Source: Candidatus Latescibacterota bacterium
Lineage (GTDB): Bacteria; Latescibacterota; UBA2968; UBA8231
Assembly: GCA_965203175.1 (NCBI GenBank)
Contig: OZ241867.1
Span: 3,424,001-3,488,000, forward strand
Direction: 5' to 3'
Length of the DNA: 64,000 nt
Below are positions 17,967-27,937 of the stretch, in pieces (within the stretch, counting starts at the first letter, position 1; the number at the start of each line of letters is the position of its first letter). Under the pieces are notes generated by a model. It saw only the letters and a list, made by a program, of their open reading frames with translations, searched no databases and was not told where the DNA came from. The position numbers and the translations under genes are program-made.

Positions 17967-19223
17967 TCACAGGTATAGCCCAATCACGCAGCCAGTCGCC
18001 ATGGTCGCGAGCGTACCACCCACCAGCGAGCGCAGCCCCAAGCGCGCCAAGTCGCCGCGCCGCTCGGGCGCGATGCTGCCGATGCCGCCGATCATAATGG
18101 CCACCGAGCCGAAGTTGGCAAAGCCGCAGAGGGCGTACGTGGCGATGATGAACGAGCGCGTGCTCAAGACGGCATTGCCTTCCATCTGCTGAGCGAGCGC
18201 TAGGTACGCGACGAATTCGTTGAGAATGGTCTTCAGGCCCATGAGTTCGCCGACGAGCCGCGCTTCTGCCCAAGGGATGCCCATCAACCACGTCAGCGGG
18301 TGGAAGAGGACGCCCGCTATGGTTTGCAAGCTCCAGCCACTTGGGGTGCCGTTGAACAGGGCGTCGAGATAGCTCAGGCCATAGTTGACCAAGGCGACTA
18401 AGCCGAGAAAGGCGATGAGCATGGCGAGGACATTCAGCACCAAGTGCATGCCCTCAGCTGCGCCGCGGGCAGCCGCATCAAGGCCATTGAGGGTGTCCCT
18501 CGGCGGCAGCTCTACCGTCTCTTGTGCTGTCTCCGCCCGTTCCGTTTCTGGAATCATGAGCTTGGACACGGCAATGGCGGCCGGAGCGCTGATCAGCGAA
18601 GCCACGAAGAGATGACCGGCAATATCCGGGTGGATCGCCCCGAGCATGGTCGCGTAGATGGTCATCACGGTGCCGGCGATGGTGGCCATGCCGCCGATCA
18701 TCAGGCACAGCAGTTCGCTTTCGGTGAGGCGGGCCACATAGGGGCGGATCAGGAGCGGAGCTTCGGTCATGCCGAGAAAAATATTGCCGGTCATGCCGAC
18801 GCTCTCGGCTGAGCTGATGCCCATGGACTTCTGCATGAACCGGCTGAGCCGGGCGATGACCCAAGGGAGAAGCCGGTAGTGGTAGAGCACCCGCGAAAGC
18901 GAGGCGACAAAGATGAGAATCGCCGCGATTTCGAGGGCGACCACCGGCCCGTGCTCGCGGGCAAACGACTCGGCGCTTACGCCGCTAAACAGCAGCGACT
19001 CATTGGCAGTGAGCGCGGTTTTTTTCAGCAGGGTCGTCAAGTCGCTGGCGAGACCAAATACCAGCGAGCGGATGGCCGGTTGCAGCAGGATAGCGGCCAG
19101 CAGAAGCTGGAGCACTGTGGCTGCGCCGAGAGTCTTCCAGGGAATGGAGCGGGTGCGACGACCGATGAGGTAGGCGATGGCGAGAAGAACGCAGTAACCT
19201 AAGGCACTGTGGACGATTAACAT
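17967..19223 (-). CDS. NupC/CNT concentrative nucleoside transporter
   Basis: NIFLGMTEAPL.IRPY, GMATIAG, NEFVAY, YALCGFAN; multiple TM helices. Confidence 0.93.
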   Translation of the reverse strand: MLIVHSALGYCVLLAIAYLIGRRTRSIPWKTLGAATVLQLLLAAILLQPAIRSLVFGLASDLTTLLKKTALTANESLLFSGVSAESFAREHGPVVALEIAAILIFVASLSRVLYHYRLLPWVIARLSRFMQKSMGISSAESVGMTGNIFLGMTEAPLLIRPYVARLTESELLCLMIGGMATIAGTVMTIYATMLGAIHPDIAGHLFVASLISAPAAIAVSKLMIPETERAETAQETVELPPRDTLNGLDAAARGAAEGMHLVLNVLAMLIAFLGLVALVNYGLSYLDALFNGTPSGWSLQTIAGVLFHPLTWLMGIPWAEARLVGELMGLKTILNEFVAYLALAQQMEGNAVLSTRSFIIATYALCGFANFGSVAIMIGGIGSIAPERRGDLARLGLRSLVGGTLATMATGCVIGLYL

Positions 19224-19289
19224 AACATCCTAAAAAATAAAGGGTAAAACCGAAAAAAGTCAACCGCAGTGCGCCCGGTCCGCGCGCCT

Positions 19290-19940
19290 TCAGTCGAGGG
19301 CGTTGAGGGCGCGTTGGACGACCGAGTGCAGGGGGCCGTCGGTCGGGATGCGGACGGCTCCGGCCCAGACGGGAAGGTTGCCGAGAGTCTGCGCGAGATG
19401 GGCAAAGTAGGAAGCGTCGGCGCGGGAGCCGCGACCGGCCATGCGGGCGCGCCAAATGTCCAAGGGCGGCGGATTGAGGTGGAGGACGCAGAGGGTGGCT
19501 GGGGCGATGTTTGCGGCTAGCCCTTCCCAGAGAGCGTCCACACCCAATTCGGGGCCAAAGCCGCCGACGAGGAGGACTTGGCGGGTGCCGACGAGGTTAG
19601 CGCAAGCTGCGGCGAGGGCGCTGGCGTATTCGAGGGGACGAAGCTTTTGCCAGTAGTGCGGCGTACCGTAGGCCGCGTCGGGCGCGTCGCCTCGCAGCGC
19701 GGCCGCTTCGAGGATAAAACCAGCGGCCGTTTGGTCTTTGTCGAGGAGAAAGGTGTTTGGGCAGAGCGCGAGGAGTGCTCGGGCGACGGCGGTTTTGCCG
19801 ACTCCGGGCGGCCCGCCCAGAACCACGAGGCGGGAAGACGGGCTACCGGGACGGGCGGCTTGTAGGAGGGCTGCTATGGTGGGGCCGGGGTCGGGCGTGG
19901 ACTCTGCGTAGCCGCCGCCCAAGTGGGCCACATCCGTCAC
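19290..19940 (-). CDS. P-loop kinase-like (AAA_33-type) protein
   Basis: VVLGGPPGVGKT, LLDKD; GTG start at 19940 overlaps the upstream TGA. Confidence 0.7.
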   Translation of the reverse strand: MTDVAHLGGGYAESTPDPGPTIAALLQAARPGSPSSRLVVLGGPPGVGKTAVARALLALCPNTFLLDKDQTAAGFILEAAALRGDAPDAAYGTPHYWQKLRPLEYASALAAACANLVGTRQVLLVGGFGPELGVDALWEGLAANIAPATLCVLHLNPPPLDIWRARMAGRGSRADASYFAHLAQTLGNLPVWAGAVRIPTDGPLHSVVQRALNALD

Positions 19941-20671
19941 GGCGAGGGCGCACCGCGGTCTTGGGGCTCCCAGCCGACGAGTTCTTTGGCGTTGGCCAGG
20001 TCCCACTTTTTGTCCGCGCCCAGTGAGACCCCGTAGATGATGCCGAATTGGGGCCGGGGGGCCTCGATGCAGCAGGCAGTCAGTTCGGAGACATCGCGGG
20101 CGCTGAGCCAGCGGTTTTCGCCGGGGGGATAGGTACTGTTGACTTCCTCGGTGTCCGGGTAGTTGGCGATGCGGAGGCAGTAAGAGGAGATGCCGTACTC
20201 GTCGTAGTAGAAGCGGCCGAGCGCTTCGCCGAATGCCTTGCTGACGCCGTACATGCTGTCGGGGCGGATCGGCATCTCGGGGGTGGTGTAGATGCCTTCT
20301 TTTTCGTAGAAACCCGTTACGTGGTTGGTGCTGGCAAAGACGACGACCGGGACCTTGTTGATGCGGGCGGCCTCAAAGATGTTGTAGGTGCCCTGGATGT
20401 TGGTCTCCATGATCATCTGGTTGTAGCGCGTACGCGGATAGCCCCGCTGGACGATGGCAATGCCGAGGTGGACGATGGTGTCGATGCCTTCGCAGGTTTC
20501 GACCATGTTCTCGAAGTTGGCGAGGTCGGAGACGACGATTTCGTCGTTTGGTTCGACCTCGGGGATGTTGCGGTGGAAGAGCAGGCGAAAGTCGTAGCGG
20601 TCTTTGAGGTGGCGGCGCAGGCCGGACCCGACTTTGCCGGCGGCACCGGTGATGAAAAGTTTTTTCTTCAT
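19937..20671 (-). CDS. NAD-dependent epimerase/dehydratase (uronate dehydrogenase-like SDR)
   Basis: ITGAAGKVG, ASTNHVTG, YGVSK, CLRI. Confidence 0.9.
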   Translation of the reverse strand: MKKKLFITGAAGKVGSGLRRHLKDRYDFRLLFHRNIPEVEPNDEIVVSDLANFENMVETCEGIDTIVHLGIAIVQRGYPRTRYNQMIMETNIQGTYNIFEAARINKVPVVVFASTNHVTGFYEKEGIYTTPEMPIRPDSMYGVSKAFGEALGRFYYDEYGISSYCLRIANYPDTEEVNSTYPPGENRWLSARDVSELTACCIEAPRPQFGIIYGVSLGADKKWDLANAKELVGWEPQDRGAPSP

Positions 20672-20713
20672 GTCTCTTCCTTGTGTTTGGCGGCGTCTTC
20701 TGGGGTGCGGTCT

Positions 20714-20742
20714 ATACTATTTGCTTGGGCTGCGGGGCGCAA
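20714..20742 (-). promoter_or_regulatory. Putative sigma70 promoter for the SDR/kinase operon
   Basis: TTGCGC-N17-TAGTAT on the minus strand, about 40 bp upstream of ATG 20671. Confidence 0.45.
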
Positions 20743-20812
20743 GTCATTTGAGGTCGGGTTCTCGCATCCTCGCCAACCGATAACAACGGGCGGGAGACTA
20801 TACGTGCTCCGC

Positions 20813-22517
20813 TTAGAAAGAAACAGTCGCGGTCATTGAAACCGTCCGCGGCGCGCCGAGCCAGGCCGCGTTCTCGGTGATGGCGGACAGATAGGCCTTG
20901 TCGAGCAGATTGTTGGCCACGAGCGAGAATTCCGTTGATCGGAGCGAGGGATCGAGCGCCGCGCCTGAGAAACTGACATACGCGTCCACCAGCCAATAGG
21001 CGTCCGTGTACCATTCCGCCGTCAGGCTGACGCGCCGCGACGATGTGTACTTGGCCGTCAGTCCCGTGCGGACAGGCCCAGTCCGATCGAGCGAGACGAC
21101 CCACAGCTTGTCCGGTACGCCGGTGACGTCGGTCCCCGCAACGATGTTCTGGCTTTCGTCGACGAGGGGATCACCGCTCCCGATGTACTCCGAGTCGTTG
21201 AATGTGCCGGCCGTGTACAAGGAAATCTGCTGCGGCATCCGCACCGTTTCCGCAAACTCCAAGCCCTTCGTTTGCAGGCCGCCGGCATTGAAATAGGCAC
21301 CACCGCCCGGGATGAGGTAGTTGGGACCGGCGGGTGTCTGCGGGCCGAGGCAGAAGATCCGGTTCTGGAAGTCGATGGCGTACCAGGTCCCGCTCAACGC
21401 GACCCGATCCCCGGCATACTGCAGCCCGACGTCGATGTTCGAGGCCGTCTCGGGCTCGAGCAGGTCGAGACTCCGGTCCGGCACTTCGAGAGCAGCGTGC
21501 TGCTGATGGCCTTGAAGTTCTCGGAGTATCCTGCGAAGAGGTCGAGTCCGTCGACCGGCGTCTCGTAGGTCACACCACCCGAGAAGAGCAGGTCCGAATC
21601 GGAATCGACCTCGAGGTCCGGGTCGACACCGAACAGGTCCTCGCGCGACACCCTGACTAAGAACTGCTTGACGCCGCCGCTGAGGGCGAAGGGGCCGGCG
21701 TAGAGCGTTTCCTCGACGTACCACTTGAACACGCGCTGCGGGGGCCGTCGTTCTCACCGATGGTCGTTGACGCAGTGTAGGTTCGCTTGGCTGCCGGATC
21801 GTCCGTCAGGTAGTTGAAGGTGCCGCCTAGCGCCTCGACCGAGCGGGAGGCGATGTCGGCCGTCCCCTGGGACACTTCTACACCCCCGAGGTTCATCGGG
21901 TCGATGAACCGGTTGGCCTTGGCACCGCTGAAGTAGTCGGATGTACCGTTCGGGAACCCATCAATGGTCGTGCCGATCTGCGCCTCGCTGATGGTCACCT
22001 GGAAGCCGCGCACGGCGACGTTGCTCGACCAGTCGTCGAAGCCGTACGCATCGCCCTCTTGGATGGATACCCCGGGCAGGTTGTCAACCACCGATGTCAC
22101 GCTGGTGATGTTCGACTGCTGCAGGATCATCGGCTCGGCGACGACGTTGCTCGCGAAGATCCGAGGTTCCTCGGCAACAACGCTGATTCCCTCGAGGCCG
22201 ACGACGCTCGGTTCCAAGCGAACATCGAGAGTGGTGACGCCTGGACTTATCGTCAGTCGCTTTGTCCGGAATCCCACAAAGGAAAAAACTAGAATGTCCT
22301 CTGGAGACCGAAGGTCAATCGAATAGGCCCCATCCTGGTCTGTCATCGTCCCGATGGATATGCCCTCAATGACGACCGTTGTGCCCGGTAAGGCATCGCC
22401 GGTTTCATCCGAAACTACGGTCCCTGAAACCGCAATTTGCCCATGGGCATCTTGGGCTAGTTGTACAGCGAATATGACGGCAATGGTGCGGACGAATTTC
22501 ATAAGGCCCCCCTCCAT
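20813..22517 (-). pseudogene. TonB-dependent receptor, disrupted (internal deletion and frameshifts)
   Basis: Carboxypeptidase-regulatory-like domain and plug in 21657..22517; barrel pieces in 21394..21732 and 20813..~21490, ending in NNLLDKAY...PRTVSMTATVSF; three different frames. Confidence 0.8.
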
Positions 22518-22589
22518 TAGGCGACAATACCTATATCTATAACGAATTGGCAGGACGCGTGCAGGGTCAAACTAGAAAGCACCGGTCTC

Positions 22590-23849
22590 TCATTTGGCCG
22601 AGCGCTGGGCCGTCAGGGACGCGAGGCTGCCCAAGTTTCTCAGCGAGGGAAAAAGGCCCGTCCAAGCGGCGACGATCAGCAACGTGCCGATGCCGCCGCT
22701 GACGACGGAGAAGACCGGATTGAAGAGTTGGGCCACCAGCCCGGACTCAAAACCGCCGATTTCGTTGGACGCGCCGACGAAGATGGCGGAGACGGCTTGG
22801 ACCCGGCCTCGCATCTCGTTGGGCGTGCCCATCTGCGAGATGACGCGGCGGATAACCATGCTGACGTTGTCGAAGGCACCGGTCAGCGCCAGCATCAGCA
22901 GCGAGAACCAGAAGTTTTGCGAGAGGCCAAAGAGAATGGTCGCCACGCCGAAGCCGGCCACGCACCAGAGCAGGGTTTTGCCGGAGCGGCGAATCGGCGG
23001 CAAATGGGCGATGGCCAAGGCGGTGATGCTGGCGCCAATGGCCGGGGCCGCGACCAGCCAGCCGAGCGCGGCTTCGGGTGCGAGGCCGACGGAGCTGAGG
23101 TCGATGATTTCGCGGGCAAAGATGGGCAACAGGTACACTGCGCCGCCTAAGAGGACGGCGAACAGGTCGAGCGAGATCGCGCCGAGTAGGAGCGGCTGGT
23201 CGCGGACGAAGCGCAGGCCGACGGCGATTTGAGCGAACATCTTGCCCCCTTGGATGCGCGGAGCGGGCGGCAAGACCATGGTGCTGAGGAAGAAGATGAA
23301 GGCCGCCGAGGAAATGGCGCTGAGGACATAGGCGATTTGGAGATTGAAAGCGATGACAAAACCGCCGATGGCCGGTCCGGCAATGCCGATGATCTGCTGC
23401 AAGCTGGTTGCCCACTTGGCGGCGTTTTCAAAGAGCGCGTCCGGTACCAGCAAGGGCGCGATGGCTCGTTGTGCGGGCCAGCCTAGGCGGAGGAAGGACG
23501 AGTCTAAAAAGAGCAGCAAGTACATCCAGTGGATCGGCATTTGGTACCAGCTAAAGACGGCCAAGGCCAGCGAGCAGAGCGTCGCTCCGGCTAGGCTGAG
23601 CATCATCAGCTTGCGGCGGTCGAAGACGTCGGCTAGATACCCAGCCGGCAGGGTCAACAGCAGCATGGGGATAGCTTGGACGAGGCCGACCATGCCGAGG
23701 GAGAGCGCCTGGCCGGTGCGGTCGTACACCTCCCAACCGATGGCCAAACCCTGGGCGGCCGTGCCCATCCGCACCAGCGAGGAGGCGATGAGATAACGCC
23801 GGAAGAGCGGGACGCGCAGGCTGGAGTAGGGATCGTGTCTTTTGTGCAA
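22590..23849 (-). CDS. MFS transporter (EntS/DHA3-like)
   Basis: About 12 TM helices, GYLADVFDRRKL, TPNEMRGRV. Confidence 0.92.
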   Translation of the reverse strand: MHKRHDPYSSLRVPLFRRYLIASSLVRMGTAAQGLAIGWEVYDRTGQALSLGMVGLVQAIPMLLLTLPAGYLADVFDRRKLMMLSLAGATLCSLALAVFSWYQMPIHWMYLLLFLDSSFLRLGWPAQRAIAPLLVPDALFENAAKWATSLQQIIGIAGPAIGGFVIAFNLQIAYVLSAISSAAFIFFLSTMVLPPAPRIQGGKMFAQIAVGLRFVRDQPLLLGAISLDLFAVLLGGAVYLLPIFAREIIDLSSVGLAPEAALGWLVAAPAIGASITALAIAHLPPIRRSGKTLLWCVAGFGVATILFGLSQNFWFSLLMLALTGAFDNVSMVIRRVISQMGTPNEMRGRVQAVSAIFVGASNEIGGFESGLVAQLFNPVFSVVSGGIGTLLIVAAWTGLFPSLRNLGSLASLTAQRSAK

Positions 23850-23956
23850 ATCAGTAGCGGTGTATAGTTATGGGCGGCGAGCGATGCGATCTCGCTAAAT
23901 TACTGGCGTGTCTCTGACTAGCGCCAGAGGCATATCTTCGAGAAAGGAAGTTTGCA

Positions 23957-25189
23957 ATGTTGGCAATAGACGGGGGTCCCAAGGTCCGCGAGACGCCATT
24001 TCCCAAGCGGCATCTGTTCGGGGCTGAGGAGCACGAAGTCGCGATGCGGCTGTTCTCTGAAGCGCAGGAGAGCGGCGCTGCAATCGGCTACAGCGGGCCA
24101 GAGGAATTGGCCTACGAGCGGGAGTTCGCCGCGTTTATGGGAGGTGGCTATGCCGACTTGGTCAACTCGGGTACTGCGGCGCTCTACGCGGCATTGGGAG
24201 CCCTAGAGCTAGAAGCGGCTGGCGAGGTAGTGATCCCGCCGATTACGGATCCGGGTGGGGCGATGCCCGCAGCGCTGTTGTGCCAAGTGCCAGTGGTGGC
24301 CGATGCTGCGCCGGGGTCGTTCAACGCCGGTGCGGAGCAGATCGAGGCGGTGCTGACGCCCTACACCCGCGCCATTGTCGTGGCCCACATCGCTGGCGAG
24401 CCCGCGGATATGACGCCGATTTTGGCGCTGGCCGAGGAGCGCGGGATACCGGTCATCGAGGATTGCGCCCAAGCCCACGGGGCGCGCTACCAGGGGCAGC
24501 TAGCGGGATCGTTGGGCACGGTGGCGGCCTTTTCTACCATGAGCGGCAAGCACCACGCGACGGGGCCGCAGGGCGGGGTGGTCTTTACCCGCGACGAAGA
24601 ACTCTGCTGGGAGGCCAAGCGCTTTGCCGACCGAGGCAAGCCCTTTAATACGGAGGCGACTTCTAATCTGCGTGCTGGGCTCAATCTCAACGGCAACGAC
24701 TTGTCGGCCGCCATTGGGCGGGTGCAACTGAGAAAGCTCGATGCGATGATCGCCAAGCGGCGTCGGGTAGCGGCGCAAATCGAAGAGGCCATTGCCGAGT
24801 GCAAGGCGGTGCGGTTGGGATGGCAGGTGGCCGAGTCGGAGGGAGTGTACTGGTTTATGCGCTTCCACGTGGATGCTGACAAGCTGCGGGTGGACAAAGA
24901 CGGCTTTGCCCGGGCCGTGGCCGCCGAAGGCATTCCGTTGACAGCCACGTATCGCTATATCCCTTCCGAGATGATCTGGTTTAAGGAACGGCAGGTCTTT
25001 CCCGGCAGCGACTATCCGTGGGGCTTGCCGGCGTATGGGGGAGACCGCAATGCGAAGTTCCCCTGTCCCAACGCCGTTGATGCGGTTGAAAGCCACTTCA
25101 TTATGTCGATTCACGAGAATTTTGCCGCGCGGGAAGTGGCGGATATTGCGGAGGCGTTTGCGAAGGTGGAGCAGGCGTATTTGCGGTAG
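23957..25189 (+). CDS. DegT/DnrJ/EryC1/StrS PLP aminotransferase
   Basis: LAIDGG, NSGTAAL, IEDCAQAHGA, FSTMSGKH (PLP Lys). Confidence 0.92.
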   Translation: MLAIDGGPKVRETPFPKRHLFGAEEHEVAMRLFSEAQESGAAIGYSGPEELAYEREFAAFMGGGYADLVNSGTAALYAALGALELEAAGEVVIPPITDPGGAMPAALLCQVPVVADAAPGSFNAGAEQIEAVLTPYTRAIVVAHIAGEPADMTPILALAEERGIPVIEDCAQAHGARYQGQLAGSLGTVAAFSTMSGKHHATGPQGGVVFTRDEELCWEAKRFADRGKPFNTEATSNLRAGLNLNGNDLSAAIGRVQLRKLDAMIAKRRRVAAQIEEAIAECKAVRLGWQVAESEGVYWFMRFHVDADKLRVDKDGFARAVAAEGIPLTATYRYIPSEMIWFKERQVFPGSDYPWGLPAYGGDRNAKFPCPNAVDAVESHFIMSIHENFAAREVADIAEAFAKVEQAYLR

Positions 25190-25231
25190 TATACTATTGG
25201 CCCAACGCAACCCTCCAGCAAAGCGGGGAAT

Positions 25232-26008
25232 ATGAGAAAGAGCAAAGTTTTGGACAAAGTGCGCACGGGGCGGTGTGCCCGCATTTGTGGCCTAGGGCAC
25301 TATCTGCCCTTCTTCGTGCGCTATGCTGCCCACAATGGCTATGACGGCATCTGGCTCGACTTGGAACACCGGGCGATGGACCAGCGCGAGGTCCAGGGCC
25401 TGTTGGCTTTGTGTCGCGCTTGCGATATCGATTGCATGTTGCGGGCCCCGACGCTCGAGCGCACTCGCCTCTACCGCTATCTCGAGGACGGGGCGACTGG
25501 TCTGATGATGCCGCTGGTTTCCGATGCGGCCTTGGCGCGCCAAATCGTTGCGGCGGTGAAGTACCCACCCTTGGGCAATCGCGGTTTGGACGGGGCGGGT
25601 TTGGACGGCGATTTCGGTCTCGACGTGTGGCATGCGGGCAGTACCTATATCGACGACGCGAATCGCGAAACCTTCGTCGTCTTGCAGATTGAAACCCCGC
25701 AAGCGCTGGCCAATGTCGAGGAGATCGCCGCGGTCGAAGGGGTGGACGCGCTCTTCGTCGGCCCGGCGGATTTGGGGTTGCGGCTCGGTTTGGCCGGGGG
25801 GGATGTCGATCTCAATCAGGCCGTCGCCAAAGTCGCGGCGGCGGCAAAAAAACACGGCAAAGCCTGGGGGATACCCGCCGGCACGCCCGAGTTGCTGGCC
25901 AAATACCGCGCACAAGGGGCGCAGATGCTGGCGTATGGCGGCGATTTTGCCCTAGCGCAGGTTTTAGCCGATTGCCGCCGAGATTTCGACCAAGCGCTCG
26001 GTGAATAA
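25232..26008 (+). CDS. HpcH/HpaI aldolase family protein
   Basis: WLDLEH, KYPPLGNRG, QIETP, FVGPADL. Confidence 0.92.
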   Translation: MRKSKVLDKVRTGRCARICGLGHYLPFFVRYAAHNGYDGIWLDLEHRAMDQREVQGLLALCRACDIDCMLRAPTLERTRLYRYLEDGATGLMMPLVSDAALARQIVAAVKYPPLGNRGLDGAGLDGDFGLDVWHAGSTYIDDANRETFVVLQIETPQALANVEEIAAVEGVDALFVGPADLGLRLGLAGGDVDLNQAVAKVAAAAKKHGKAWGIPAGTPELLAKYRAQGAQMLAYGGDFALAQVLADCRRDFDQALGE

Positions 26009-27065
26009 GATGACTATGAAGTTGCCCTCTGGCCGCATTTGGCCGCATATAGTATGCGATATGCTGGGGTTAAATTTGACCCACCCCCGTTTTGTAATCG
26101 ACGATATTGACCTGGGCAAAAAAGACGCGAGTACTTGTCGCGGCGACTTTCCCAAGTTTGCCGAATGGGGGGTTGGGGTGGTGATGTGCAAGGGAGGAGC
26201 GGCCTATTACGACGAGAATTACAAACCGCTGTGGCGGCAGGAATCGGAATGGCGTCCGGGCCGCGGCGGCGAGGATATGTTCCTGAGTCTGGCGATCAAG
26301 AATCCGACCCAACTGGTGCTGGGGGTGCTCGACCGTTTTTTACTAAACGTCGAAGCCTATCCCGAGCAAGTGCTGCTGGTGCGGACGACCCGGGATTTGG
26401 ATGCTGCGCGGGCGGCGGGCAGGGTTGCGGTATTGATGGGGGCCAATCGCAGCGATTGGTTCGGCGACGGCCCCGGCATCCTGCGGATGTTTGCCCGCCT
26501 CGGGCTGCGGATGATCACCTTGGGTCAAGCGACCCGCGAGTTGGGTTGGGACGCCTCCAATGAGACCCGTTCGGGCGGACGAATGACCGAGTTGGGGGTG
26601 CGGATGATTGCGGAAATGAACGCGGCTGGGATCCTCATCGACTTGGCTCATAGCAATGACCCCTGCGCCCTCGATATCATCGAAGTATCGACAAAGCCGG
26701 TGGTCGATTCGCACTCAGGTCCACGGGCATTGGTTGATGAGCCGAGGGCGGCACCCGACGAGGTTATGCGGGCGTTGGCCGAGCGCGGCGGCGTGTTGGG
26801 GATCCCGCCGCCGATCACCCGGCCGCCGGGGGACGCACCCTATCAGGCGGTTGTGCCAGAGCAGTTGGAGCAGACCTTGGTGCAGGTTCGCTACGCCGTT
26901 GATGTGATGGGCGTGGACGGCGTGGGGATCGGCACCCATTTCAACAGTGCGGTATTGCCTTGGGTGGTAGAGGGCTTGCTGGATGTGGGATTTACCGAGG
27001 AGGAGACGAGCAAGATATGCGGCGGGAATTACCTGCGGGTCTTGCGCGAGGTCCTGCCCGCTTAA
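26001..27065 (+). CDS. Membrane dipeptidase (M19)-like amidohydrolase with degenerate active site
   Basis: LGLRMITL, G.MTELG..MIAEMN..GILIDLAH, DSHS, GGNYLRV; the N-terminal HxD and GSDF motifs are absent. Confidence 0.8.
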   Translation: MNKMTMKLPSGRIWPHIVCDMLGLNLTHPRFVIDDIDLGKKDASTCRGDFPKFAEWGVGVVMCKGGAAYYDENYKPLWRQESEWRPGRGGEDMFLSLAIKNPTQLVLGVLDRFLLNVEAYPEQVLLVRTTRDLDAARAAGRVAVLMGANRSDWFGDGPGILRMFARLGLRMITLGQATRELGWDASNETRSGGRMTELGVRMIAEMNAAGILIDLAHSNDPCALDIIEVSTKPVVDSHSGPRALVDEPRAAPDEVMRALAERGGVLGIPPPITRPPGDAPYQAVVPEQLEQTLVQVRYAVDVMGVDGVGIGTHFNSAVLPWVVEGLLDVGFTEEETSKICGGNYLRVLREVLPA

Positions 27066-27084
27066 CTGGAGACTGAGGTGGAAG

Positions 27085-27897
27085 ATGGACGCAACGGAAA
27101 AGTATCTCTTCGAAGTACACGGCTATCTGGTGATCGAGGGCGCGCTCTCGTCGGCGGAAGTGGCGGCGGCCAATGCGGCGATTGACCACCACGCCGATCA
27201 AATCGGCATCCGCCCCAATGACTTGGCCCACGAGTCAGAGACACTCAAGGGTACTCAGGGTCGCGGCGATTTGGGCGGGATGCTGACGTGGGACAAACCG
27301 CATTGCGATCCGTTCCGGGCGATGATCGCCCATGCGCGGTTCAAGCCTTATCTGGAAGAATTGCTGGGACCGGGTTTTCGCCTAGAGGGCTTGGGGATCA
27401 TCACCATGGACGAGGGAGCCGAAGGCTTCTGGTTTCACGAGGGTGGCGAGCCGCTCGACCGCTCGCGGGGGTTTCTCTACCGCAATGGCCGGATGTTTTG
27501 CGGGATGACCAATATCGCCGTACAGTTGGCGGATGTGGGGCCGGAGGATGGGGGTTTCGCCTGTCTGCCCGGCAGCCATAAGGCCAACTATCCCTGCCCG
27601 GATGAGATCCGGTTGTACGAGGCGCACCAAGATCGCATCGCGCAGATCCCGGCCAAAGCGGGCGACGCGATCCTTTTCGTCGAGACGCTGATGCACGGGG
27701 CTGTGCCGTGGACGGCCAAGCACCAGCGGCGCTCGGTGATTTTGCGCTACAACCACGGCGTTCAGGCCGAATCGCTGATGGGAACCTATACACCGCCGGA
27801 TTTCTACGCCGAGTTGACACAGGAGCAGCAGGCGGTGATTACGCCACCGCAGTACCGGAGAGAAGACAAGGGATCGCGGCTTTACAAGCCGGGATAA
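27085..27897 (+). CDS. PhyH-family Fe(II)/2OG enzyme with HxG motif
   Basis: FEVHGYL, WFHEGG, GGFACLPGSHK, AGDAILF.E.LMHG, RR; start MDATEK after GAGG. Confidence 0.85.
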   Translation: MDATEKYLFEVHGYLVIEGALSSAEVAAANAAIDHHADQIGIRPNDLAHESETLKGTQGRGDLGGMLTWDKPHCDPFRAMIAHARFKPYLEELLGPGFRLEGLGIITMDEGAEGFWFHEGGEPLDRSRGFLYRNGRMFCGMTNIAVQLADVGPEDGGFACLPGSHKANYPCPDEIRLYEAHQDRIAQIPAKAGDAILFVETLMHGAVPWTAKHQRRSVILRYNHGVQAESLMGTYTPPDFYAELTQEQQAVITPPQYRREDKGSRLYKPG

Positions 27898-27937
27898 GAG
27901 GTCGAGTTGAAAAGCCATAAACCTAGGAGATGAGACG

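Noticed and set aside
20048-20839. Long antisense or alternate-frame ORFs (also 22594-23232, 24500-25210, 59499-60482)
   Set aside because: Shadows of real genes in GC-rich DNA, with no motifs
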